64,000 nucleotides of DNA from the human T2T-CHM13v2.0 reference genome, Homo sapiens. Every line of letters starts with the position of its first letter. The first letter of the stretch is position 1. The DNA is taken from assembly GCF_009914755.1 (NCBI RefSeq), contig NC_060940.1; one strand, written 5' to 3'. Positions 45,901 to 61,164 of this stretch are shown piece after piece. A model generated the notes under the pieces. It did not search any database. It saw nothing but the letters and a program-made list of their open reading frames with translations, and had not been told where the DNA came from. Made by a program: the position numbers and the translations under genes.

Positions 45901-48900
45901 TCCGTTTGATGATGATTCCGTTCGATTCCATTTGATGATTCCATTTGATTCCATTGGATGAGTCCATTCGATTACATTCGATGATTATTCCATTCGAGTG
46001 CATTAGATGATTCCATTCGAGTCCATTCGATGATTCCATTCGATTCCATTCGATGTTGATTCTGTTCAAATCCATTCGATGATTCCACTCGATTCCATTC
46101 GTTGACTCCATTTGATCCCATTCGATGATTTCCTTTGATTCCCTTTGATGATCATTCCATTTGATTCAATTCGGTGATTTCATTTGATTCCATTCAGTGA
46201 TGTTTCCATTCGACTCCATTCGATGATTATTCCATTCGACTCCATTCGATTATGATTTCATTCAATTCCATTCGATAATGATTCCCTTCGAGTCCATTCG
46301 ATGATTCCATTCGATTCCATTCAACAATGATTTGATTCGTGTCCATTCGATGATTCCATTTGATTCCACATGATGATGATTCCATTCGAGTCCATTTGAT
46401 GATTCCATTCAATTCCATACTCCGATGATTTCTTTTGAGCCCACTCAATGCTTCCACTCGATTCCATATGATGATGACTCCATTCGATGAAATTCGATGA
46501 TGATTCCATTCGCTTGCTTTCGATGATGATTCCACTTGAGTCCGTTAGAAGATTCTATTCAATTACATTCCATGACGATTCCGCTCGAGTCCATTTGATG
46601 ATTCCATTAGACTCCATTCGACGATGATTCCATTCGATGTTATTCGATGATTCCATTCGATCTCATTCGATGATGATTCCATTCAACTCCATTCGATGTT
46701 TCCATTCGAGTTCATTCTATTATTCCATTAGATTCCATTCGATGATGATTCCATTCGATTCCATTTGATGATTGCATTCTATTTCATTTGATGATGATTC
46801 CATTCGAGTCCACTCGATGATTCCATTCGAGTCCATTTAATGAATCCATTGGTTTCAATTCTATGATGATTACATTGGATTACATTCGTTGATGATTTCA
46901 TTCGGTTCCATTCAAGGATGATTCCATTCAATTCCTTTCAATGTTTCCATTCAATTCCATACGATGATGATTCCATTTGATTTGATTCGACAGTGAGCCA
47001 TTCGATTCAATTCCATGATGATTCTATTTGATTCAATTGGTTGACATTTCCATTCGATTCCATTCGATGATGATTCCCTTTGATTCCGTTCAAAGATGAT
47101 TCCATTCTAGCCCATTCAATCATTCCATTCGATTCTATTCAATGATGATTCCATTCATGTCGATTTGGTGATTCCATTTGACTTCATTTGATGATGATTC
47201 CTTTCAAGTTCATTAGATGATTCCATTCGATTCCATTTGATGATGATCCCATTCGAGTCCATTCAGTGATTCCATTCGTTTCCATTCCATGATGATTCCA
47301 TTCCTTTCCATTCAATGATTCCATTCGATTCCGTTTGATGATGATTTCATTCGAGTCCATTTGATGATTCCATTTGATTCCATTCGATGATGATTCCATT
47401 CGAGTCCATTCGATGATTCTATTCGAATCCATTTGATGATTTCTTTTGATTATATTTGGTGATGATTCCATTGGAGTCCATTCAATGATTCCATTCGATT
47501 CCAATCGATGATGATTCCATTAGAGTCCATTTAATGATTCCATTTGATTCCAGTCTCTGATGATTACATTCGAGTCCATACGATGATTCCACTCAATTCC
47601 ATATGATGATGATTCCATTTGATTCCATTCGGTGATTCCATTCTATTCTATTCAATGGTGATTCCATTCGAGTACATTAGATGATTCCATTCGATTCCAT
47701 TCAATGATGATTCTATTTGTGTCCCTTAGATGATTCCACATGATTCCATTACATGATGATACTATTTGAGCCCATCCAATGATTCCCTTCGATTCCATTC
47801 GATGAGGATTCCATTCGATTCAGTTCATTGGTGATTCTATTCAATTCAATTCTTTGATTCCATTCCATTCCATTCGACAATGATTCCATTCGATTTCTTT
47901 CGATGATTCCACTCGATTCCACTTGACATTGATTCCCTTCGATTCCATTCAATGATTCCATTTGATTCCAGTGGATGATGATTGCCATCGATTCCATTCG
48001 ATCACTCCATTCTATTCCATTTGATGATGATTACATTCGATTCCATTTGACGATTCCATCTGATTCTATTCGAGGATTCCATTTGATTCCATTCGATGAT
48101 GATTCCATTCGAGTCCATTCGATGATTTCATTCGAGTACATCCAATGATTCCATTCGAGTCCATTAGATGATTCCATTTGATTCCATTTGAAAATGATTC
48201 TACTAGAGTCCATTCAATGACTCCATTCGAGTCCATTCAACAATTCCATTCGACTCCATTCGATGATTCCATTCGATTCCATTTGATGGTTCCATTCGAT
48301 TCCATTTAATCATTACAGTCGAGTCCATTTGGTGATTCCACTGGATTTCTTTTGATAATGATACCATTCAATTACATTTGATGATGATCCCATTCAATTT
48401 CATTTGATGATGATTCCATTAGAGTCCATTCGATGATTTCATTCGAGTCCCTTCATTGATTCCATCCGATTTCATTGGATGATGACTCCATTCGAGTCCA
48501 TTCGATGATTCCACTCGATTCCATTAGATGACTCCATTGGAGTCCATTTGATTGTTCCATTCGATTCCATTCGATTCCTTTCGAAGATTATTCCATTTGA
48601 GTCCATTCGATGATGATTCCATTCCATTCCATTCGATGATTCCGTTTGATTCCATTCGATGATTCCCTTCGATTCCTTTCTTTGATGATTCCATTCCATT
48701 CCATTCAATGATTCCATTCGAATCTATTCCATGATGATTCCTTTCGATTCCATTCGCTGATGTTTCCGTTCAATTCCATTCGATGATGATTCCATTCGAT
48801 TCCATTCATTGAGGATTCCATTTGATTCCATTCAATGATGATTCCATTCTATTCCATTCAATGATTGCATTCAATTCCATTCAATGATTATCCCCTTAGA

Positions 48901-49012
48901 GTAAACTCAACGATTCCATTCAATACCATTCGATGATGATTCCTTTTGAGTCCATTCAATGATTTCATTCAAGTCCATTTGATGATTCCTTTCAATTCCA
49001 TTCTATGATGAT
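42901..49012 (+). repeat. Higher-order unit 8 (canonical 6112 bp)
   Basis: Line 42901 reads the same as line 1; marker 43061 to 49173 = 6112. Confidence 0.93.
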
Positions 49013-52000
49013 TCCATTCGAGTCCATTCGATGATTCCATTCGATTGCATTCGATGATTCCATTATATTCCATTCAACGGTGATTCCATTCGAGTCCATT
49101 CCATGATTCCATTAGAGTACATTTAATGATTGCTTTGTTTTCAATTCGAAGATGATTACATTGGATTCCATTCTATGATACCATTCGATTCCATTCAATG
49201 ATGATTCCACTCAAATCCATTGGATGATTCCATTCGTGTCCATTCGGTGATTTCATTAGATTCCATTCGAGGATGATTCCATTCGATTCCATTCGATGAT
49301 TCCATTCAATTCCATTCGATGATGATTCCATTCCAGTCCATATGATCATTCCATTTGATTTCATTCGATGATGATTCCATTCGATTCCTTTCGACGATTC
49401 CATTCTATTCCATTCGATGATGATTCCATTCGAGTCCATTCGATGATTCCATTCGAGTCCATTTAATGATTCCATTGGGTTCAATTCAATGATGATTACA
49501 TTGGATTCCATTCTCTGATTCCATTCAATTCCGTTCAATGACAATTTGATTCCATTCGATGATGATTCCATTTGAGTTCATTCGATGATTCTATTCGATT
49601 CTCTTCGATGGTGATTCAATTCTATTATATTGGATGATTCCATTCGATTCCATTTGATGTTGATTCAATTCGATTCTATTCGATGATGATTCCATTGGAT
49701 TTCACTTGATGATTCTATTCGATTCCATTCAATGATGATTCACTTCTCGTCCATTGGATGATTCCATTTCATTCCATTCGATGATGATTCCATTCGATTC
49801 CATTCGATGATTCCATTTGATTCCATGCGACGGTGAGCAATTCGATTCAATTCCATGATGATTCTATTTGATTCAATTAGATGATGTTTCCATTCGAATC
49901 CATTCCATGATTATTCCATTGGAATCCATTCGGCGATGATTCCATATGAGTCAATTCAATGATGATTCCATATGGGTCCGTTCGATGATAATTCCATTTG
50001 ATTTCATTCGATGCTTCTATTCTATTCCAGTCGATGATGATTCCGTTGGAGTCCATACGATGATTCCATTTGATTTCATTTGATGATGATTCCATTCGAT
50101 GATGATTACATTGGATTCCATTCTATGATTCCATTCAATTCCATTCGTTGATGATTCGATTCCATTCAATGATGATTCCATTTGAGTTCATTCGATGATT
50201 CTACTCGATTCCGTTCGATGGTGATTCAATTCTATTATATTGGATGATTCCACTCGATTCCATTTGATGATTATTGCATTGGAGTCCATTTAGTGAATCC
50301 TTTAGATTCTATTCGACGATGATTCCATTCGAGTCCATTCGATGATACCATTCAATTCCATTCGTTGATGCTTCCATTCAAGTGCATTCGATGATATCAT
50401 TCGATTCCATTTGATGATAATTCCATTTGATTCCATGCGATGATTCTATTCGATTCCATTCAATGATAATTCCATTCAATTCAGTGATTCCTCTGGACTC
50501 CATTTGATGATGATTCCATTCAATGATTCCATTCGATTCTATTCGAAAATGATTCCATTTGAATCCATTTGATGATGATTCCATTAGATTCCATTTGATG
50601 ATTCCATTCGATTCCATTCGACGATGATTCCATTCGATTCCGTTTGATGATTCCATTCTATTCTATTCGATGATGATTCCATTCGATTCCATTCGATGAT
50701 GATTGGATTCGATTCCATTTGATGATTTCATTTGATTCCATTCGTTAATGATTTCGATCAATTCCATTCGATGATTCCATTCGATTCCATTCGATAATGA
50801 TTACATCCGAGTCCATTCGATGATTCCCTTTGAGCCTGTTCGATAATTCCATTTGAGTCCAACCAATGATTCCATTCATTTCCATTCAATGATTCCATTC
50901 GAGTCCATTTGATCATTCCGGTAGGGTCCATTCGATGTTGATTCCATTGGAGTGCATTCGATGATTCCATTCGAGTCCATTTTAGGATTTGATTCGAGTC
51001 CTTTCGATGATTCCATTCGATTCCACTCGATGATGATTTCATTCGAGTCCATTCGACACTTCCAATCGATTCCATTTGATGATTCCATTCGAGTCCAATT
51101 GATGATTCCATTCAATTCCATTCGATGATGATTCCGTACGATTCCATTCTGTGATGATTCCATGTGATTGCATTCAATGATGATTCCTTTCGATTGCATT
51201 CGATTATGATTCATTTCGTGTTCATTCTATGGTTCCACAGGTTTCCATTCGTGTCCATTCCATTATTCCATTCTATTCCATTTGATGATGATTCCATTCG
51301 ATTCCATTCATTGGTGATTCCACTCAATTCCATTCAATGATTCCATTCCATTTCTTTCAACAATGATTCCATTAGTTTCTAATCGATGATCCACTTGATT
51401 CCATTTGACGACGATTCCATTCTTGTCCATTTGATGATTCCATTTGATTCCATATGATGATGATTCCATTCGATTCCATACCATGATGATTCCATTCGAG
51501 TCCATTCAATGGTGATTCCATTCAATTCCATTCGATGATTCCTTTCGATTCCATTCAATGATGATGGCATTCGATTCCTTTTAATCATTCCCTTTGATTC
51601 CATTCAAAGGTGATTTCATTCAAGTCCATTCGATAATTGCATTCGATTCCATTCTATGATGATTCCATTCGAGTCCATTTGATGATTCCATTCAATTCAA
51701 GTCAATGATGATTCCATTCAATTCCATTCGATGATTCCATTGGATTCCATTCGATGATGATTCCATTCAAATCCATTCGATAATTCAATTCAAGTCCATT
51801 CGATGATGATTCCAATCGAATCCATTCAAAGATTCCATTCTGTTCCATTCGATGATTCCCTTAGATTCCATTCGATGATTCCACTTGATTGCATTTACGA
51901 TGATTCCATTCGATTCCATGTGATGATTCCATTCAATTCTATTCAATGATGTCTCCATTTGATTCCATTCGACCATGATTGCCTTTGATTCCATTCAATG

Positions 52001-55000
52001 ATTCCATTCGGTTCCGTTTGATGATGATTCCGTTCGATTCCATTTGATGATTCCATTTGATTCCATTGGATGAGTCCATTCGATTACATTCGATGATTAT
52101 TCCATTCGAGTGCATTAGATGATTCCATTCGAGTCCATTCGATGATTCCATTCGATTCCATTCGATGTTGATTCTGTTCAAATCCATTCGATGATTCCAC
52201 TCGATTCCATTCGTTGACTCCATTTGATCCCATTCGATGATTTCCTTTGATTCCCTTTGATGATCATTCCATTTGATTCAATTCGGTGATTTCATTTGAT
52301 TCCATTCAGTGATGTTTCCATTCGACTCCATTCGATGATGATTCCATTCGACTCCATTCGATTATGATTTCATTCAATTCCATTCGATAATGATTCCCTT
52401 CGAGTCCATTCGGTGATTCCATTCGATTCCATTCAACTATGATTTGATTCGTGTCCATTCGATGATTCCATTTGATTCCACTTGATGATGATTCCATTCG
52501 AGTCCATTTGATGATTCCATTCAATTCCATACTCCGATGATTTCTTTTGAGCCCACTCAATGCTTCCACTCGATTCCATATGATGATGACTCCATTCGAT
52601 GAAATTCGATGATGATTCCATTCGCTTGCTTTCGATGATGATTCCACTTGAGTCCGTTAGAAGATTCTATTCAATTACATTCCATGACGATTCCGTTCGA
52701 GTCCATTTGATGATTCCATTAGACTCCATTCGACGATGATTCCATTCGATGTTATTCGATGATTCCATTCGATCTCATTCGATGATGATTCCATTCAACT
52801 CCATTCGATGTTTCCATTCGAGTTCATTCTATTATTCCATTAGATTCCATTCGATGATGATTCCATTCGATTCCATTTGATGATTGCATTCTATTTCATT
52901 TGATGATGATTCCATTCGAGTCCACTCGATGATTCCATTCGAGTCCATTTAATGAATCCATTGGTTTCAATTCTATGATGATTACATTGGATTCCATTCG
53001 TTGATGATTTCATTCGGTTCCATTCAATGATGATTCCATTCAATTCCTTTCAATGTTTCCATTCAATTCCATACGATGATGATTCCATTTGATTTGATTC
53101 GACAGTGAGCCATTCGATTCAATTCCATGATGATTCTATTTGATTCAATTGGTTGACATTTCCATTCGATTCCATTCGATGATGATTCCCTTTGATTCCG
53201 TTCAAAGATGATTCCATTCTAGCCCATTCAATCATTCCATTCGATTCTATTCAATGATGATTCCATTCATGTCGATTTGGTGATTCCATTTGACTTCATT
53301 TGATGATGATTCCTTTCAAGTTCATTAGATGATTCCATTCGATTCCATTTGATGATGATCCCATTCGAGTCCATTCAGTGATTCCATTCGTTTCCATTCC
53401 ATGATGATTCCATTCCTTTCCATTCAATGATTCCATTCGATTCCGTTTGATGATGATTTCATTCGAGTCCATTTGATGATTCCATTTGATTCCATTCGAT
53501 GATGATTCCATTCGAGTCCATTCGATGATTCTATTCGAATCCATTTGATGATTTCTTTTGATTATATTTGGTGATGATTCCATTGGAGTCCATTCAATGA
53601 TTCCATTCTATTCCAATCGATGATGATTCCATTAGAGTCCATTTAATGATTCCATTTGATTCCAGTCTCTGATGATTACATTCGAGTCCATACGATGATT
53701 CCACTCAATTCCATATGATGATGATTCCATTTGATTCCATTCGGTGATTCCATTCTATTCTATTCAATGGTGATTCCATTCGAGTACATTAGATGATTCC
53801 ATTCGATTCCATTCAATGATGATTCTATTTGTGTCCCTTAGATGATTCCACATGATTCCATTACATGATGATACTATTTGAGCCCATCCAATGATTCCCT
53901 TCGATTCCATTCGATGAGGATTCCATTCGATTCAATTCATTGGTGATTCTATTCAATTCAATTCTTTGATTCCATTCCATTCCATTCGACAATGATTCCA
54001 TTCGATTTCTTTCGATGATTCCACTCGATTCCACTTGACATTGATTCCATTCGATTCCATTCAATGATTCCATTTGATTCCAGTGGATGATGATTGCCAT
54101 CGATTCCATTCGATCACTCCATTCTATTCCATTTGATGATGATTACATTCGATTCCATTTGATGATTCCATCTGATTCTATTCGAGGATTCCATTTGATT
54201 CCATTCGATGATGATTCCATTCGAGTCCATTCGATGATTTCATTCGAGTACATCCAATGATTCCATTCGAGTCCATTAGATGATTCCATTTGATTCCATT
54301 TGAAAATGATTCTACTAGAGTCCATTCAATGACTCCATTCGAGTCCATTCAACAATTCCATTCGACTCCATTCGATGATTCCATTCGATTCCATTTGATG
54401 GTTCCATTCGAGTCCATTTAATCATTACAGTCGAGTCCATTTGTTGATTCCACTGGATTTCTTTTGATAATGATACCATTCAATTACATTTGATGATGAT
54501 CCCATTCAATTTCATTTGATGATGATTCCATTAGAGTCCATTCGATGATTTCATTCGAGTCCCTTCATTGATTCCATCCGATTTCATTGGATGATGACTC
54601 CATTCGAGTCCATTCGATGATTCCACTCGATTCCATTAGATGACTCCATTGGAGTCCATTTGATTGTTCCATTCGATTCCATTCGATTCCTTTCGAAGAT
54701 TATTCCATTTGAGTCCATTCGATGATGATTCCATTCCATTCCATTCGATGATTCCGTTTGATTCCATTCGATGATTCCCTTCGATTCCTTTCTTTGATGA
54801 TTCCATTCCATTCCATTCAATGATTCCATTCGAATCTATTCCATGATGATTCCTTTCGATTCCATTCGCTGATATTTCCGTTCAATTCCATTCGATGATG
54901 ATTCCATTCGATTCCATTCATTGAGGATTCCATTTGATTCCATTCAATGATGATTCCATTCTATTCCATTCAATGATTGCATTCAATTCCATTCAATGAT

Positions 55001-55124
55001 TATCCCATTAGAGTAAACTCAACGATTCCATTCAATACCATTCAATGATGATTCCTTTTGAGTCCATTCAATGATTTCATTCAAGTCCATTTGATGATTC
55101 CTTTCAATTCCATTCTATGATGAT
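49013..55124 (+). repeat. Higher-order unit 9 (canonical 6112 bp)
   Basis: Unit start motif recurs at 55125 = 49013 + 6112. Confidence 0.92.
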
Positions 55125-58100
55125 TCCATTCGAGTCCATTCGATGATTCCATTAGAGTACATTTAATGATTGCTTTGTTTTCAATTCGAAGATGATTGCA
55201 TTGGATTCCATTCTATGATACCATTCGATTCCATTCAATGATGATTCCACTCAAATCCATTGGATGATTCCATTCGTGTCCATTCGGTGATTTCATTAGA
55301 TTCCATTCGAGGATGATTCCATTCGATTCCATTCGATGATTCCATTCAATTCCATTCGATGATGATTCCATTCCAGTCCATATGATCATTCCATTTGATT
55401 TCATTCGATGATGATTCCATTCGATTCCATTCGACGATTCCATTCTATTCCATTCGATGATGATTCCATTCGAGTCCATTCGATCAATCCATTCGAGTCC
55501 ATTTAATGATTCCATTGGGTTCAATTCAATGATGATTACATTGGATTCCGTTCTATGATTCCATTCAATTCCGTTCATTGACAATTTGATTCCATTCGAT
55601 GATGATTCCATTTGAGTTCATTCGATGATTCTATTCGATTCTCTTCGATGGTGATTCAATTCTATTATATTGGATGATTCCATTCGATTCCATTTGATGT
55701 TGATTCAATTCGATTCTATTCGATGATGATTCCATTGGATTTCACTTGATGATTCTATTCGATTCCATTCAATGATGATTCACTTCTCGTCCATTGGATG
55801 ATTCCATTTCATTCCATTCGATGATGATTCCATTCGATTCCATTCGATGATTCCATTTGATTCCATGCGACGGTGAGCAATTCGATTCAATTCCATGATG
55901 ATTCTATTTGATTCAATTAGATGATGTTTCCATTCGAATCCATTCCATGATTATTCCATTGGAATCCATTCGGCGATGATTCCATATGAGTCAATTCAAT
56001 GATGATTCCATATGGGTCCGTTCGATGATAATTCCATTTGATTTCATTCGATGCTTCTATTCTATTCCAGTCGATGATGATTCCGTTGGAGTCCATACGA
56101 TGATTCCATTTGATTTCATTTGATGATGATTCCATTCGATGATGATTACATTGGATTCCATTCTATGATTCCATTCAATTCCATTCGTTGATGATTCGAT
56201 TCCATTCAATGATGATTCCATTTGAGTTCATTCGATGATTCTATTCGATTCCGTTCGATGGTGATTCAATTCTATTATATTGGATGATTCCACTCGATTC
56301 CATTTGATGATTATTCCATTGGAGTCCACTTAGTGAATCCTTTAGATTCTACTCGACGATGATTCCATTCGAGTCCATTCGATGATACCATTCAATTCCA
56401 TTCGTTGATGCTTCCATTCAAGTGCATTCGATGATATCATTCGATTCCATTTGATGATAATTCCATTTGATTCCATGCGATGATTCTATTCGATTCCATT
56501 CAATGATAATTCCATTCAATTCAGTGATTCCTCTGGACTCCATTTGATGATGATTCCATTCAATGATTCCATTCGATTCTATTCGAAAATGATTCCATTT
56601 GAATCCATTTGATGATGATTCCATTAGATTCCATTTGATGATTCCATTCGATTCCATTCGATGATGATTCCATTCGATTCCGTTTGATGATTCCATTCTA
56701 TTCTATTCGATGATGATTCCATTCGATTCCATTCGATGATGATTGGATTCAATTCCATTGGATGATTTCATTTGATTCCATTCGTTAATGATTTCGATCA
56801 ATTCCATTCGATGATTCCATTCGATTCCATTCGATAATGATTACATCCGAGTCCATTCGATGATTCCCTTTGAGCCTGTTCGATAATTCCATTTGAGTCC
56901 AACCAATGATTCCATTCATTTCCATTCAATGATTCCATTCGAGTCCATTTGATCATTCCGGTAGGGTCCATTCGATGTTGATTCCATTGGAGTGCATTCG
57001 ATGATTCCATTCGAGTCCATTTTAGGATTTGATTCGAGTCCTTTCGATGATTCCATTCGATTCCACTCGATGATGATTTCATTCGAGTCCATTCGACACT
57101 TCCAATCGATTCCATTTGATGATTCCATTCGAGTCCAATTGATGATTCCATTCAATTCCATTCGATGATGATTCCGTACGATTCCATTCTGTGATGATTC
57201 CATGTGATTGCATTCAATGATGATTCCTTTCGATTGCATTCGATTATGATTCATTTCGTGTTCATTCTATGGTTCCACAGGTTTCCATTCGTGTCCATTC
57301 CATTATTCCATTCTATTCCATTTGATGATGATTCCGTTCGATTCCATTCATTGGTGATTCCACTCAATTCCATTCAATGATTCCATTCCATTTCTTTCAA
57401 CAATGATTCCATTAGTTTCTAATCGATGATCCACTTGATTCCATTTGACGACGATTCCATTCTTGTCCATTCGATGATTCCATTTGATTCCATATGATGA
57501 TGATTCCATTCGATTCCATACCATGATGATTCCATTCGAGTCCATTCAATGGTGATTCCATTCAATTCCATTCGATGTTTCCTTTTGATTCCATTCGATG
57601 ATGATGGCATTCGATTCCTTTCAATCATTCCCTTTGATTCCATTCAAAGGTGATTTCATTCAAGTCCATTCGATAATTGCATTCGATTCCATTCTATGAT
57701 GATTCCATTCGAGTCCATTTGATGATTCCATTCAATTCAAGTCAATGATGATTCCATTCGATTCCATTCGATGATTCCATTGGATTCCATTCGATGATGA
57801 TTCCATTCAAATCCATTCGATAATTCAATTCAAGTCCATTCGATGATGATTCCAATCGAATCCATTCAAAGATTCCATTCAGTTCCATTCGATGATTCCC
57901 TTAGATTCCATTCGATGATTCCACTTGATTGCATTTACGATGATTCCATTCGATTCCATGTGATGATTCCATTCAATTCTATTCAATGATGTCTCCATTT
58001 GATTCCATTCGACCATGATTGCCTTTGATTCCATTCAATGATTCCATTCGGTTCCGTTTGATGATGATTCCGTTCGATTCCATTTGATGATTCCATTTGA

Positions 58101-61100
58101 TTCCATTGGATGAGTCCATTCGATTACATTCGATGATTATTCCATTCGAGTGCATTAGATGATTCCATTCGAGTCCATTCGATGATTCCATTCGATTCCA
58201 TTCGATGTTGATTCTGTTCAAATCCATTCGATGATTCCACTCGATTCCATTCGTTGACTCCATTTGATCCCATTCGATGATTTCCTTTGATTCCCTTTGA
58301 TGATCATTCCATTTGATTCAATTCGGTGATTTCATTTGATTCCATTCAGTGATGTTTCCATTCGACTCCATTCGATGATGATTCCATTCGACTCCATTCG
58401 ATTATGATTTCATTCAATTCCATTCGATAATGATTCCCTTCGAGTCCATTCGATGATTCCATTCGATTCCATTCAACAATGATTTGATTCGTGTCCATTC
58501 GATGATTCCATTTGATTCCACATGATGATGATTCCATTCGAGTCCATTTGATGATTCCATTCAATTCCATACTCCGATGATTTCTTTTGAGCCCACTCAA
58601 TGCTTCCACTCGATTCCATATGATGATGACTCCATTCGATGAAATTCGATGATGATTCCATTCGCTTGCTTTCGATGATGATTCCACTTGAGTCCGTTAG
58701 AAGATTCTATTCAATTACATTCCATGACGATTCCGTTCGAGTCCATTTGATGATTCCATTAGACTCCATTCGACGATGATTCCATTCGATGTTATTCCAT
58801 GATTCCATTCGATCTCATTCGATGATGATTCCATTCAACTCCATTCGATGTTTCCATTCGAGTTCATTCTATTATTGCATTAGATTCCATTCGATGATGA
58901 TTCCATTCGATTCCATTTGATGATTGCATTCTATTTCATTTGATGATGATTCCATTCGAGTCCACTCGATGATTCCATTCGAGTCCATTTAATGAATCCA
59001 TTGGTTTCAATTCTATGATGATTACATTGGATTCCATTCGTTGATGATTTCATTCGGTTCCATTCAATGATGATTCCATTCAATTCCTTTCAATGTTTCC
59101 ATTCAATTCCATACGATGATGATTCCATTTGATTTGATTCGACAGTGAGCCATTCGATTCAATTCCATGATGATTCTATTTGATTCAATTGGTTGACATT
59201 TCCATTCGATTCCATTCGATGATGATTCCCTTTGATTCCGTTCAAAGATGATTCCATTCTAGCCCATTCAATCATTCCATTCGATTCTATTCAATGATGA
59301 TTCCATTCATGTCGATTTGGTGATTCCATTTGACTTCATTTGATGATGATTCCTTTCAAGTTCATTAGATGATTCCATTCGATTCCATTTGATGATGATC
59401 CCATTCGAGTCCATTCAGTGATTCCATTCGTTTCCATTCCATGATGATTCCATTCCTTTCCATTCAATGATTCCATTCGATTCCGTTTGATGATGATTTC
59501 ATTCGAGTCCATTTGATGATTCCATTTGATTCCATTCGATGATGATTCCATTCGAGTCCATTCGATGATTCTATTCGAATCCATTTGATGATTTCTTTTG
59601 ATTATATTTGGTGATGATTCCATTGGAGTCCATTCAATGATTCCATTCGATTCCAATCGATGATGATTCCATTAGAGTCCATTTAATGATTCCATTTGAT
59701 TCCAGTCTCTGATGATTACATTCGAGTCCATACGATGATTCCACTCAATTCCATATGATGATGATTCCATTTGATTCCATTCGGTGATTCCATTCTATTC
59801 TATTCAATGGTGATTCCATTCGAGTACATTAGATGATTCCATTCGATTCCATTCAATGATGATTCTATTTGTGTCCCTTAGATGATTCCACATGATTCCA
59901 TTACATGATGATACTATTTGAGCCCATCCAATGATTCCCTTCGATTCCATTCGATGAGGATTCCATTCGATTCAATTCATTGGTGATTCTATTCAATTCA
60001 ATTCTTTGATTCCATTCCATTCCATTCGACAATGATTCCATTCGATTTCTTTCGATGATTCCACTCGATTCCACTTGACATTGATTCCATTCGATTCCAT
60101 TCAATGATTCCATTTGATTCCAGTGGATGATGATTGCCATCGATTCCATTCGATCACTCCATTCTATTCCATTTGATGATGATTACATTCGATTCCATTT
60201 GATGATTCCATCTGATTCTATTCGAGGATTCCATTTGATTCCATTCGATGATGATTCCATTCGAGTCCATTCGATGATTTCATTCGAGTACATCCAATGA
60301 TTCCATTCGAGTCCATTAGATGATTCCATTTGATTCCATTTGAAAATGATTCTACTAGAGTCCATTCAATGACTCCATTCGAGTCCATTCAACAATTCCA
60401 TTCGACTCCATTCGATGATTCCATTCGATTCCATTTGATGGTTCCATTCGAGTCCATTTAATCATTACAGTCGATTCCATTTGGTGATTCCACTGGATTT
60501 CTTTTGATAATGATACCATTCAATTACATTTGATGATGATCCCATTCAACTTCATTTGATGATGATTCCATTAGAGTCCATTCGATGATTTCATTCGAGT
60601 CCCTTCATTGATTCCATCCGATTTCATTGGATGATGACTCCATTCGAGTCCATTCGATGATTCCACTCGATTCCATTAGATGACTCCATTGGAGTCCATT
60701 TGATTGTTCCATTCGATTCCATTCGATTCCTTTCGAAGATTATTCCATTTGAGTCCATTCGATGATGATTCCATTCCATTCCATTCGATGATTCCGTTTG
60801 ATTCCATTCGATGATTCCCTTCGATTCCTTTCTTTGATGATTCCATTCCATTCCATTCAATGATTCCATTCGAATCTATTCCATGATGATTCCTTTCGAT
60901 TCCATTCGCTGATGTTTCCGTTCAATTACATTCGATGATGATTCCATTCGATTCCATTCATTGAGGATTCCATTTGATTCCATTCAATGATGATTCCATT
61001 CTATTCCATTCAATGATTGCATTCAATTCCATTCAATGATTATCCCATTAGAGTAAACTCAACGATTCCATTCAATACCATTCGATGATGATTCCTTTTG

Positions 61101-61164
61101 AGTCCATTCAATGATTTCATTCAAGTCCATTTGATGGTTCCTTTCAATTCCATTCTATGATGAT
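55125..61164 (+). repeat. Higher-order unit 10 (6040 = 6112 - 72 bp)
   Basis: Lacks the gattgcattc...ttatattccattcaacggtg segment; junction lies within ATGATTCCATT at 55143-55153; next unit starts at 61165. Confidence 0.93.
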
